Shown in pieces: positions 9,300 through 18,130 of a stretch of DNA of 64,000 nucleotides. Position 1 is the first letter of the stretch, and each line of letters starts with the position of its first letter. The stretch covers positions 124,001 through 188,000 of the IMG/VR virus record IMGVR_UViG_3300008261_000001, one strand, 5' to 3'. The notes beneath the pieces are model-generated. The model was not told where the DNA came from and made no database searches. It was given only the letters and a program-made list of their open reading frames with translations. Made by a program: the position numbers and the translations under genes.

Positions 9300-10960
9300 T
9301 TATCCCTGTGACGCTGTAAGGCGACGCTACCACAACCCCCATTATAAGCATTTAAAGGGGGTCTCCTAAGGGTTTTAACCCCTACCCCCTAGTGGGACAC
9401 AAAAAACTTGTGAAGACCCTTAGGGATGTCGTATAAGGGAGGTTGTTCACTCCATAGGCTTTAGAGCTTATAGAGGCGTAGCCAAGTCACGAGTGGCTAG
9501 ACTTCTTTGAAACCTACCAAACTCGACAACCTAGAGGGGGTGGATACCCTTTAGGTTTGACTAGGCTATGGGTAACACCCACTAAGAGGGATCTGTCGTT
9601 TACGATACGCTCTTAGCGAACTCACCCCATAATCTAACCTGTTCATACGCTGAGGCTTAAGGGTCTATCCAATAGAGAAGAAGGTTCTCTATCTACGATG
9701 ACCAAACAGCCCTAGAGAGATGGATGGCTCCAATCACTTCCGTTGGAGGTTCTGTCTAGTACCTCGTCTTTAAGGTTATCCTTAGGACTCGTACTAAACT
9801 CCTTCTAGTCTCCTACTCCGTATCTCTCTCTTATCCACCACTAGAGAACAACACCTAGAAATATTGTTCTTCTCTAGCTGTCCTTCAGTATCCAATCCTC
9901 TAGGTGTTAGATACTGAGTCCTCTTATCCTCTCTACTACTAGATATCTCTCTCTTAGTACTACTAGTAAGACATCTACTACTAGTAAGACATCTACTACT
10001 GAATAGGATAAGAACTTACTAACTACTAAGTAGTAAGTATTATCCCTCTCTTTGAACTAAGAGAGGGGATAGTGGATATAGGACATGAGAGGATACGAAG
10101 TATCGTCTAAGGACTATAGCCAATAACTAATAACCAACCTACTCCACCTACTACTACTCAACTACCAACTACTCTCACTCAACCTCTAACTACTCAACAA
10201 CCTCTAACTACAACTCCTACAACTACTACTAATACTCAACTAACTCCTACTGCTCAACTAACTATAACTCCTACTGCTCAACTAACTACACCTACTACTA
10301 CAACTACCCTTATGACTCCTTCTAATCCTACTGCTCTTACAACTCCTAATCCTACTGCTCCTACTACTACTAATATAACCAATACACCTACTATGAATCC
10401 TACTCCTACTACCCTTATGACCTCTACTACTGCTGCTCCTACTCGTAATATGGATACTTCTCTTAGTACTTCTAATCCTACAGCTAGATCTCTTATAGCT
10501 CCTACTACTGCTCCTACTACTGCTCTTACTCCTACTACTAGAGTATCTCTAACTGAGTAGAGTTATCCAATATCTCTTAAAATAGATAAGGTGTTGGTTG
10601 AAGTCCAACACCTACTAGAAATAAGAAATATCATCATCCTCTATCCGTAATGGATAGATAGAACTTATCAGTTCAGTAAGAGAGAGAAGGGAAGATAGTA
10701 GATAGAGAGATAGAACTTATCAGTAAAGATAAGATGGAAAGAGATAGAACTTACTAGAGGATAGAGAGAGAGGGATAGATAGAGAGAGGGATAGATAGAG
10801 AGAGGGATAGAGAACTTATCAGTAAGGAGAGTAAATAGTCACCTTACGGAGATAAATGGATAGTCACCTTACTGAGATAAATGGAAAGAATGGGTTTAGG
10901 TTAGAGCTTATAGGTCTTGGGGAGTGAGTTAATCTTATAAGGGTTGGTTGAGAAGAAAGG
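9300..10960. other. Long non-coding repeat-rich region, probable replication origin
   Basis: Gene orientation and C/G skew flip here; many hairpins; tandem repeats (18 bp ~9958-10000, 25 bp ~10835-10884, AGAACTTATCAGT x3, AGAGAGGGATAGA x3). Confidence 0.6.
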
Positions 10961-10963
10961 AGG

Positions 10964-13108
10964 GTGAACCCTATGTATTGTGTGGCTAAGATTTTAGGTT
11001 CTATTTACGCTAATCCCCCTTATCATGTACTTAGGTGCATGGTTGCAACTGAGAGGGAGACTTATCCTATTGTCGTTAAGGGTAAGATTGCTGGACCTGT
11101 ACCTATTGGTGGGGTGATGACTTTTTCGGCTCAGGAGGTTATGGATAAGAAGACCTTAAAGCCTGTGTTGGAGGTGGTGAGGAATCCGATCAATCCGAGT
11201 TACTTGAGGGGTTCAGCGTTGACCCAATGGTTGGAGTGGTCGGACTTGGGGCTAACGGAGAGCCTAGAGGTCTTATCTTGTTTAACTGAGGCGGGGGTTC
11301 CCTCTGCTATGTTGAACTCTATTTGGAAGGAGGTGGAGGCAGACCCCTCTATGATTAAGAGGAATCCCTGGTACTTGGTCCATAAGGGGATGGATTTTCA
11401 AGCGACTGACAATATCGCTAAGACTTTATTGGGGGATGCCTTTGACCCTCACTCTAAGAGTCGAATCGAGGGGGCGATTTTTTGGTCTCTGTTACAGGGT
11501 GTGGGAAATGGGCAGTCTTATTTAGATGCCAACGCGGTCTTTAGGGATGTGGAACTCTTAACGGGTGTGGGTGTTGCTCAAGATATCGCCTTAAGCGTAA
11601 AGGCTATGAAGGACTCTCAGCCCCCGAGGGTTGTCGTAGAGAAGCTATGTGGTTTAAGCAGTGGTAATGCCCTTTATTTGCCGTCTTATCACAAGATGGA
11701 GGTGGAGGTAGCCACTGAGGTTTTATCCCCGATTAGAAGGGATGTTTTAAGCGTTGCGGAGGTGATGGGGAACCGAGTGACTCGTTTAACAGATGACGAG
11801 ATAAGGGGGTACTCAAAGTTTGCGTTAACGGATAAGCAACTAGAGGCGGTGAGGTTGGGTTTGGAGTCAGCGGTGTCTATAGTGACTGGGTTGCCTGGGA
11901 CGGGTAAGACGACTATTTTATCCGTATTGTGTCGTTGTTTAGAGGCACAAGGGGATAGGGTGTTATTGGTAGCCCCCACAGGTATCGCCGCAAAGAGGGC
12001 GGGTGCTTTAACAGGTATGGAGAGCATGACGATACATAGGGCATTTGGAGCTGGCGGTACAGGTGAGGATAAAGGCAAAGTATCCGATTATGAGGGTGTG
12101 AAAAAGGTGGAGGGGGACGAGGTTATGAAGGGGTCTATATCTTCAAGCCTAGACCCATCATCGGAGGTGTGGAGGCACAATAGGAAAAATCCTCGTGGGG
12201 AGAGTGTGGTGATTATAGACGAAGCCTCTATGGTGGACTTACATCAGATGTGGCGTGTTATGTGTGGCATAACCGAGCGTACACGGGTTGTTCTAGTGGG
12301 AGACATCGCACAGCTTCCACCTGTGGGTGCAGGATTTGTGTTGGCAGACTTATTGTCCTCTACAGCCATACCCCGTGTGCATTTATCCGAGGTTTTTAGA
12401 CAAGGAGAGGGAAGCGGTGTGACGCTCGCCGCACATAGTATCCATGCGGGTAAAATCCCAGAGCAAGACTCAAACTTGGACTTCGAGTTTATCGAGCTAT
12501 ATCGGAGCCAAGACATATTGGATAAGATATTGGATATATCGAGGGAGCTTCATTTAGAGGGTGTGGACTTTCATGTAATGAGTCCGACCCATCATGGTTT
12601 ATTGGGTGTGACGAACCTAAACAAAGAGCTTAGGAGCGTGTTAAACCCCTCGACCAAGATGACGCAGTCTTTACAGATTGGGAGTGGTACTTATCGTATG
12701 GGCGATAAGATTATGATAACTCGAAACGATTACGACTTGGGTGTTTACAATGGGGACATCGGTCGTATTGTGAACATCAATAAAGCAAGCGTAGAGGTGA
12801 TCCTCAAGGGTGTTGTGGATCAGAGGCTCGACTTGCCCTTAGATGAGATCTCAAAGCTACTGAGACTCGCCTACGCGACCACCGTACACAAAGCACAAGG
12901 GCAAGAATATCACACGATAGTGATGCCCATGTGTATTGAACACGGAAACAATCTCTTATTGAGGAGCTTGCTCTACACAGCCGTTACGAGGGCTAAGATT
13001 AAGGTTTACCTTGTGGGTGAGCGTGAAGCCATGATTAAGTGCGTGTTGAACGCTAACACAAGCACAAGGTACTCACGCCTAAAGGATAGACTCGAAGCTA
13101 ATAAGTAA
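10964..13108 (+). CDS. recD2: RecD2-like SF1B helicase
   Basis: TGLPGTGKTT, APTGIAAKR, TIHR, IIDEASMVD, LVGDIAQLPPVGAG, VFRQ, NGDIG, LAYATTVHKAQGQEY, LYTAVTRAK. Confidence 0.93.
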   Translation: MNPMYCVAKILGSIYANPPYHVLRCMVATERETYPIVVKGKIAGPVPIGGVMTFSAQEVMDKKTLKPVLEVVRNPINPSYLRGSALTQWLEWSDLGLTESLEVLSCLTEAGVPSAMLNSIWKEVEADPSMIKRNPWYLVHKGMDFQATDNIAKTLLGDAFDPHSKSRIEGAIFWSLLQGVGNGQSYLDANAVFRDVELLTGVGVAQDIALSVKAMKDSQPPRVVVEKLCGLSSGNALYLPSYHKMEVEVATEVLSPIRRDVLSVAEVMGNRVTRLTDDEIRGYSKFALTDKQLEAVRLGLESAVSIVTGLPGTGKTTILSVLCRCLEAQGDRVLLVAPTGIAAKRAGALTGMESMTIHRAFGAGGTGEDKGKVSDYEGVKKVEGDEVMKGSISSSLDPSSEVWRHNRKNPRGESVVIIDEASMVDLHQMWRVMCGITERTRVVLVGDIAQLPPVGAGFVLADLLSSTAIPRVHLSEVFRQGEGSGVTLAAHSIHAGKIPEQDSNLDFEFIELYRSQDILDKILDISRELHLEGVDFHVMSPTHHGLLGVTNLNKELRSVLNPSTKMTQSLQIGSGTYRMGDKIMITRNDYDLGVYNGDIGRIVNINKASVEVILKGVVDQRLDLPLDEISKLLRLAYATTVHKAQGQEYHTIVMPMCIEHGNNLLLRSLLYTAVTRAKIKVYLVGEREAMIKCVLNANTSTRYSRLKDRLEANK

Positions 13109-13119
13109 GGTGTGGGGGC

Positions 13120-13854
13120 TTATGGGGCATCTGGGTTGTTGATTTTTCCGTACTCGACATAGTTAGCGTGAGCGTTCGGCCAGAGACTTCTAATCTGTCT
13201 GCTGATTTCTTTGGCGAGTAGCCTCATTTCCCATTGAGCGTCAGCGTGATCCCGCTTAGAGATGAAACCAATCCAGTTATGGAGGTTGGAGGTAGCCCAA
13301 TATGTCGTGTAGATGTTCTGAGGCAACACCATACGAGCTTGTTCTCGGGCTACGCCCTTAGAGATCATTTCTTCATAAAGGTGCTTACACACCTCGGTTT
13401 GATAATGGATAGCCATCGTGCTTGGGGTATTGGGCTGTAAAAATGGATAGTTTTCTAAGATAGGGTCGAAGGTTTGGTTTAGGCTTGCTTGGCGGTTTTT
13501 GGTGTCTTGCAGTCGTAGTTCTTTTGGAAAGTAGAACTCTAGCTTTTCGCTCGTGTATCTACGGCTGATTTCGTTATAGCTCATCGTGCGGTGTCTCATG
13601 TGTTGCCGAGCTACAAACATGGGGACTTTTATCCAAAAGGTCAGCACATTGTGTTCAGCGGTGGATGTGTGACCCTCTTTAACCAAGAACTTGGATAGTT
13701 TGATTTCTCGGTCTCCCATGTGGGTGGAGAACTGATCGAGGCTCGCTCTTGCTGCGTTTACAGGTGTGATGTCCTCACCCATAGACTGAATGACGGCAAC
13801 TCCACCTATCTCGTCTCCGTAAATATCAACCTTACGCTCTAAGAAGTTATCCAT
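13120..13854 (-). CDS. thyX: Flavin-dependent thymidylate synthase
   Basis: VNAARAS, GHTSTAEH, ARQHMRHRTMSYNEISRRY, REQARMVLP, AQWEMR. Confidence 0.95.
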   Translation of the reverse strand: MDNFLERKVDIYGDEIGGVAVIQSMGEDITPVNAARASLDQFSTHMGDREIKLSKFLVKEGHTSTAEHNVLTFWIKVPMFVARQHMRHRTMSYNEISRRYTSEKLEFYFPKELRLQDTKNRQASLNQTFDPILENYPFLQPNTPSTMAIHYQTEVCKHLYEEMISKGVAREQARMVLPQNIYTTYWATSNLHNWIGFISKRDHADAQWEMRLLAKEISRQIRSLWPNAHANYVEYGKINNPDAP

Positions 13855-13926
13855 TATTTTACCTACCTTACAGGGGTGGTGGGGTGTTGGTGGGGGGGTG
13901 TGTGACTTTACCCTTTAAAGTTTTTT

Positions 13927-13953
13927 TATCCCAAGCTCTGATTCGGCTCATTA
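13927..13953 (+). promoter_or_regulatory. TATCCCAA-N12-CTCATTA promoter-like motif
   Basis: Exact motif 45 bp upstream of the 13999 ATG. Confidence 0.75.
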
Positions 13954-13998
13954 GGGGGGGTAGGTATCATCCACAACCCATCAGACAAGGACACGCAC

Positions 13999-14898
13999 AT
14001 GATCGTTATCCTCAGCCCCAACGCCCAGCTCGCCTCACAAACCATCGACCTCCCCACCCCTCCCGTTGTGACCATCGAGGCGGAGTACGGCTCATATGTG
14101 GCTCAGGGTTCTATCTACACCGCCGCTCACCATCAGCCCGTGGGTTCTGAGTTCGCAGGTCGTCATATCGGTGGGTCACGCCCTGCCCCTTGCAACGACA
14201 GCAAGATTCCCGTTGTTGGGGATAACGATGTGGTTCTTATCAGCCACATTGACGCAGACACGCTTGGTGGGCTCATGAGGGCGAGTGGGCAGTACGCCCC
14301 TCTTTTCAACCTTGAGGGGTTTTGGGAGTTTGTGGAGTTTGTGGACACTCATGGTTGGCACAAGGCTGACCCCACACACCCGCATTTCACGCACCTCTCC
14401 GCTATCGGTGCATACCTTCAGTCTAATCGCCCCAATACGCCTCGTGACACGAACTCTGATGTGACGGAGTTCGTGGTGGGTGCAATGGAGTTTGTCTCTC
14501 GACTCCTTAAGGGAGGGCTTGAGGAGCTTCAAGTCGGTGTTAAGTTCGTTAAGGCTCAGGACGACTTGAACTTGTCCTCGTGGGTCACTACCACCCCCTT
14601 CAATGTCGTTGTCCGTAGGGCTACGACCTTCACCAATCACCTCTATCGTGACCCTAACGGCATGGTGGGTGTGGGCATCGTGGCTTACAATGACTCCCTC
14701 GGCTCTATCACTATTTCTCTCGCAGACCCTATCAAGGGGGTCTCTTGTCGTGAGGTGGTGCAGTCTCTTTGGGGTCAGCAAGCAGGTGGGCATGATGGCA
14801 TCGCTGGCAGTCCTCGTGGTCAGATTATGACCGAGTTGGACTTTAAGAACGCCATTAACGCCTTCTCACAGGCTGTAGCCTACGCTCTGAACGCTTAA
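13999..14898 (+). CDS. Putative DHH/DHHA1-like phosphoesterase
   Basis: TAAHH, ISHIDAD, FVDTHG, AGGHDGIAGSPRG; AAGGA RBS; fold call is inference. Confidence 0.5.
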   Translation: MIVILSPNAQLASQTIDLPTPPVVTIEAEYGSYVAQGSIYTAAHHQPVGSEFAGRHIGGSRPAPCNDSKIPVVGDNDVVLISHIDADTLGGLMRASGQYAPLFNLEGFWEFVEFVDTHGWHKADPTHPHFTHLSAIGAYLQSNRPNTPRDTNSDVTEFVVGAMEFVSRLLKGGLEELQVGVKFVKAQDDLNLSSWVTTTPFNVVVRRATTFTNHLYRDPNGMVGVGIVAYNDSLGSITISLADPIKGVSCREVVQSLWGQQAGGHDGIAGSPRGQIMTELDFKNAINAFSQAVAYALNA

Positions 14899-14950
14899 TC
14901 GTTTATGAAGGTTCGCCTTTTGGACTTAACTATCCAAAAGGCGAAGCACC

Positions 14951-15487
14951 ATGAGCGAAGAAGAAGTGAAGGTAGGGTCTTTAGAGGACAAGCTATCGGA
15001 TGAAGAACAACAACAAGAGGACAAAGTGTGGGAGGAGCTTGAGGAGCTTCTAGAGGGTGAGGGGGAGTACAACAAGGGGTTGATTTTGGTTATCCAAAAG
15101 GACGGAAACTTGTTGGCTTTATTGGATACGGAAGAGGAGTACACGGACGAGCAGATGGCTATGTTTGCTCGTGTGTATATGTTGAAAAATCCATCTTGGG
15201 TTTTATGGGTGGTTTTATTCATAGAGATTTGGTTTACGGAGGCGATGTTATTGTGGGAGGAAAAGAAGCCTGTCTTATTGGATAAGTGGAAGACTCTTAA
15301 AGACGAGGGTGTTCGTCTTATGGTTTTATTAGGGGCTTATTGGTCGTCTTTATGTGTATGGGCTAGGGTTGTATGGGCTAGGGTTGTAGCGGTAAAGGCT
15401 CGTCTGAGGCGTAGGGGATTGGATAAGAAGTGGGAGTGGGTAAAGAAGCAGTTGGGGAAGGTCGTGGGTAGTTTATTTGAAAAGTGA
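14951..15487 (+). CDS. Hypothetical membrane protein
   Basis: Acidic N-terminus, two hydrophobic stretches. Confidence 0.6.
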   Translation: MSEEEVKVGSLEDKLSDEEQQQEDKVWEELEELLEGEGEYNKGLILVIQKDGNLLALLDTEEEYTDEQMAMFARVYMLKNPSWVLWVVLFIEIWFTEAMLLWEEKKPVLLDKWKTLKDEGVRLMVLLGAYWSSLCVWARVVWARVVAVKARLRRRGLDKKWEWVKKQLGKVVGSLFEK

Positions 15488-15580
15488 GGGGGGAGCATTT
15501 GTATATAGGGGTGTATCGGGTGGGGTAAAAGTAGCCCTGCTCAATTCTTCAACCCCTTGTGAGGGAGTAAGGTTTTCGTT

Positions 15581-16045
15581 ATGGCGAACGACAAGTGGAA
15601 AGCAGGACCTGAGGTACAGGATAAGATTAACGAGTTGGTGGGCAATCATCATCCACATCTTGCCGACATCGTGTACGACATTGTGGTTATTTTTAAGGAT
15701 AAAGCCTCACGCAAGGGTGGTTATCCAGTTTTGGGTAAGACTTCTAAGGCACCTGCGATTTTGAGCGTTTTGGGTGAGCGTCAGTATCAGTTTGTTATCG
15801 AGATTGGAAACGATGTGTGGCAGAAGCTGTCTGTAGAGCAACAGCTTGCTTTGCTCGACCATTTGTTGTCGTTTATTCGTGGGGAGGAGGACGAGCAGAC
15901 GGCAGAGATGAAGTACAGCTTGGCGGAGCCTGATATTTATTACTTCACCGAGGAGGTTGCTCGTCACGGATACTGGCGTCCTGACCTTTCGGATAAGGAA
16001 GAGGAGGCTGAGGGCGAGGGGTTGTTAGACCCCCTTGACGATTGA
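15581..16045 (+). CDS. Phage metallopeptidase-like protein with degenerate HExxH
   Basis: HHPHL, VLGKTSK, FVIEI..DVW, LALLDHLLSFI, PDI..F.EEVARHGYW. Confidence 0.65.
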   Translation: MANDKWKAGPEVQDKINELVGNHHPHLADIVYDIVVIFKDKASRKGGYPVLGKTSKAPAILSVLGERQYQFVIEIGNDVWQKLSVEQQLALLDHLLSFIRGEEDEQTAEMKYSLAEPDIYYFTEEVARHGYWRPDLSDKEEEAEGEGLLDPLDD

Positions 16046-16074
16046 GCTTATCGGAGCGTCTAAGGGGTTAGGTT

Positions 16075-17385
16075 TTATAAGAGGTCGGCAGTAATATCGG
16101 AGAGGGTGGAGCGTTCGGATTTGTGGAGGCTAACACAGCCGAATATGGACTGCCCTCTCATTTTTTCAATGACATAGGTGAAGCCGTTGGAGCGTTCGGT
16201 GAGGTAGGGGTGGTCGATTTGGCTTGGGTCACCAAGCAGAACGACTTTGGTTCCTTCAGCGGCACGGGTAATGATGCTTTTGATTTCGTGTTTGGTGAGG
16301 TTCTGAGCCTCGTCGATGATCATGAAGGCGTTTTTGAGTGATCTGCCTCGGATGGAGTTTATGGGTTGGATTTCTATCCTATTTTTCTCTAAGAACGACT
16401 CTTTATTGTCTGAGCCGAGGGGTGTGGTGTCCCACATGGGGTTTATTTGGTCTAGGTTGTCGAAGAAGCTCTGCATCCACGGCTCCATTTTTTCGGATAG
16501 GGATCCAGGTAGGAAGCCTATGCCATTGCCGACATCCACAACGGGTTTGGATAAGACGACTCTGTGGTAGAGGTTGGACTGATGGATAGCGGAGGCTAGG
16601 GCGAGATAGGTCTTACCTGTACCTGCTTTTCCAACAAGGGCAACGAGTTGAACATCTTTATCTAATAAGAGGTCGAGTGCGGCTCTTTGTTCCATATTGC
16701 GGGGTTTGATTTCTTTGGTGCGTGTTTTTTCTTTGTCGATGGGGTAGAGGGTTCCCTCTTTGTGCTGAAACAGGTGTTGTTTATTGTTGAAGTCGTTGAA
16801 CCACACATACTGATTTTCGTAAAAGTGTTCGTAGGAAAAGTCAGCGGGGAGGCGTGTTGCACCTTTCCAATAGGACTCTTTGAGTTCTGCCTCTAGGTGC
16901 ATATCAGGAAAGAACTCTTTAATGGCTACGGACTCTAGGGTGTTATTCGAGCCTGTGTCGGAGGTGAAGTCCTCGTTCTTGATATTTACACAGCCCGCGA
17001 GGATACGGAGGTTAACATCTTTGGAGATGAGGGTTAGATCGTAGGTTTTGTTGTGGTGTATAGCGGTTTGTAGGATAAGGAGGTCGAGGTATCTGATTTT
17101 AGACGCTTGGTCGAGAGCCTTGAGGTTAAGTTCACCTTCGTTGGCGATGACGATGATTTCTTTTGTGGCTTGCATCTCTAGGATAAGTTTTGAGGCTTGG
17201 CGGGCGAGGTGAGCCACATGGGTTTTGTCTTGGCGTGTGGAGTCTTTTAGTACATCAAGCTCCATAATGACGAAGATGGGGATGAGAACTTGGGTGTTAG
17301 GTGGGAAGGACTGCACCGAGAGTGGGTCGTAGATAAGAACCGATGTGTCAAGGATAACAGCTTTGGGTAGGTGGCTAGAGGTCAT
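16075..17385 (-). CDS. phoH: PhoH-family ATPase with N-terminal PIN domain
   Basis: ILDTSVLIYDP, ISKDVNLRI, GKAGTGKT, IGFLPG, IRGRSL, IIDEAQN, GDPSQID, SERS. Confidence 0.93.
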   Translation of the reverse strand: MTSSHLPKAVILDTSVLIYDPLSVQSFPPNTQVLIPIFVIMELDVLKDSTRQDKTHVAHLARQASKLILEMQATKEIIVIANEGELNLKALDQASKIRYLDLLILQTAIHHNKTYDLTLISKDVNLRILAGCVNIKNEDFTSDTGSNNTLESVAIKEFFPDMHLEAELKESYWKGATRLPADFSYEHFYENQYVWFNDFNNKQHLFQHKEGTLYPIDKEKTRTKEIKPRNMEQRAALDLLLDKDVQLVALVGKAGTGKTYLALASAIHQSNLYHRVVLSKPVVDVGNGIGFLPGSLSEKMEPWMQSFFDNLDQINPMWDTTPLGSDNKESFLEKNRIEIQPINSIRGRSLKNAFMIIDEAQNLTKHEIKSIITRAAEGTKVVLLGDPSQIDHPYLTERSNGFTYVIEKMRGQSIFGCVSLHKSERSTLSDITADLL

Positions 17386-17524
17386 GGGGTTATCCTTTCA
17401 CAGAGGGGAGTGGTATTGACTACAACACCTAAGGACTCTCATTAAATAACTATGGAAGGATGTAGCTTTGAGTTTTATTAAGTGTTTATATTCAGAAGGG
17501 TGTTAGATTAAAAGGAGCTAACAT

Positions 17525-18130
17525 ATGTCTATTGCACCTTCAGCGGAAAAGGTGGCGAAGCAGTATTTATCCAAAACTGCATCTGAACCTAAGGGTAAGG
17601 GTATTGGAAAGACAGCGGGTGAGGTTAGGTTCATTAAAGACCACGGAGACGACTCGTCTGCGTGGGCGTGGGGGCAACACCCACCTAGTCAGAGAACAAT
17701 GGATAAAAACCATCAGTTCAATAAGAGGTGTAGTAAGGACATGGCTAGAGTTCTGAGGGCGACTTTATCCGCACTTGGTCATGCCATGAGTGCCTACAGT
17801 GTGTTTGCTAAGATTAAGAGCCGAGACATAAGTCCCGATGGGAACTTGGGTGGTCGAGGCTACATAATGGAAATCAAGGGTATGCGTAGGCAATACATGA
17901 ACATCGTGGAGGCTCTCTCCGCCTTATCCGATACGCTGTATGACGAAATGACAGCGGATCATTGGAAAGAGGTACAGGAGAAGATGGTTCAGAAGGTCAT
18001 GCAAGATATTGAGGAAATAAAGGATGACCCAGAGGGTTGGGCTATTCAAGAAGAGACTGAGACCGATGAAGAGGGGTTGCGTAGAGATTTAACCTCGCCT
18101 AGAGACGATGAGGAGATGCCAAATGAGTAA
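17525..18130 (+). CDS. Hypothetical protein, probable virion head component
   Basis: AAGGAG RBS; KVA/KTA motifs near N-terminus; first gene of the plus-strand head block. Confidence 0.7.
   Translation: MSIAPSAEKVAKQYLSKTASEPKGKGIGKTAGEVRFIKDHGDDSSAWAWGQHPPSQRTMDKNHQFNKRCSKDMARVLRATLSALGHAMSAYSVFAKIKSRDISPDGNLGGRGYIMEIKGMRRQYMNIVEALSALSDTLYDEMTADHWKEVQEKMVQKVMQDIEEIKDDPEGWAIQEETETDEEGLRRDLTSPRDDEEMPNE

Noticed and set aside
10120-10560. Thr/Pro-rich mucin-like ORF (frame open from 10120, ATG at 10312)
   Set aside because: No RBS; open frame is explained by G-poor ACT/CCT periodicity; cannot be fully excluded
9300-10960. CRISPR array or mini-array
   Set aside because: Repeats are short tandem or low-complexity units with no constant repeat-spacer period; no cas genes in the window
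14163-14830. Antisense and alternate-frame ORFs over real genes (also 40176-40652, 43773-44166, 44558-45184 and many others)
   Set aside because: Shadow ORFs from codon bias; no RBS or recognisable motifs
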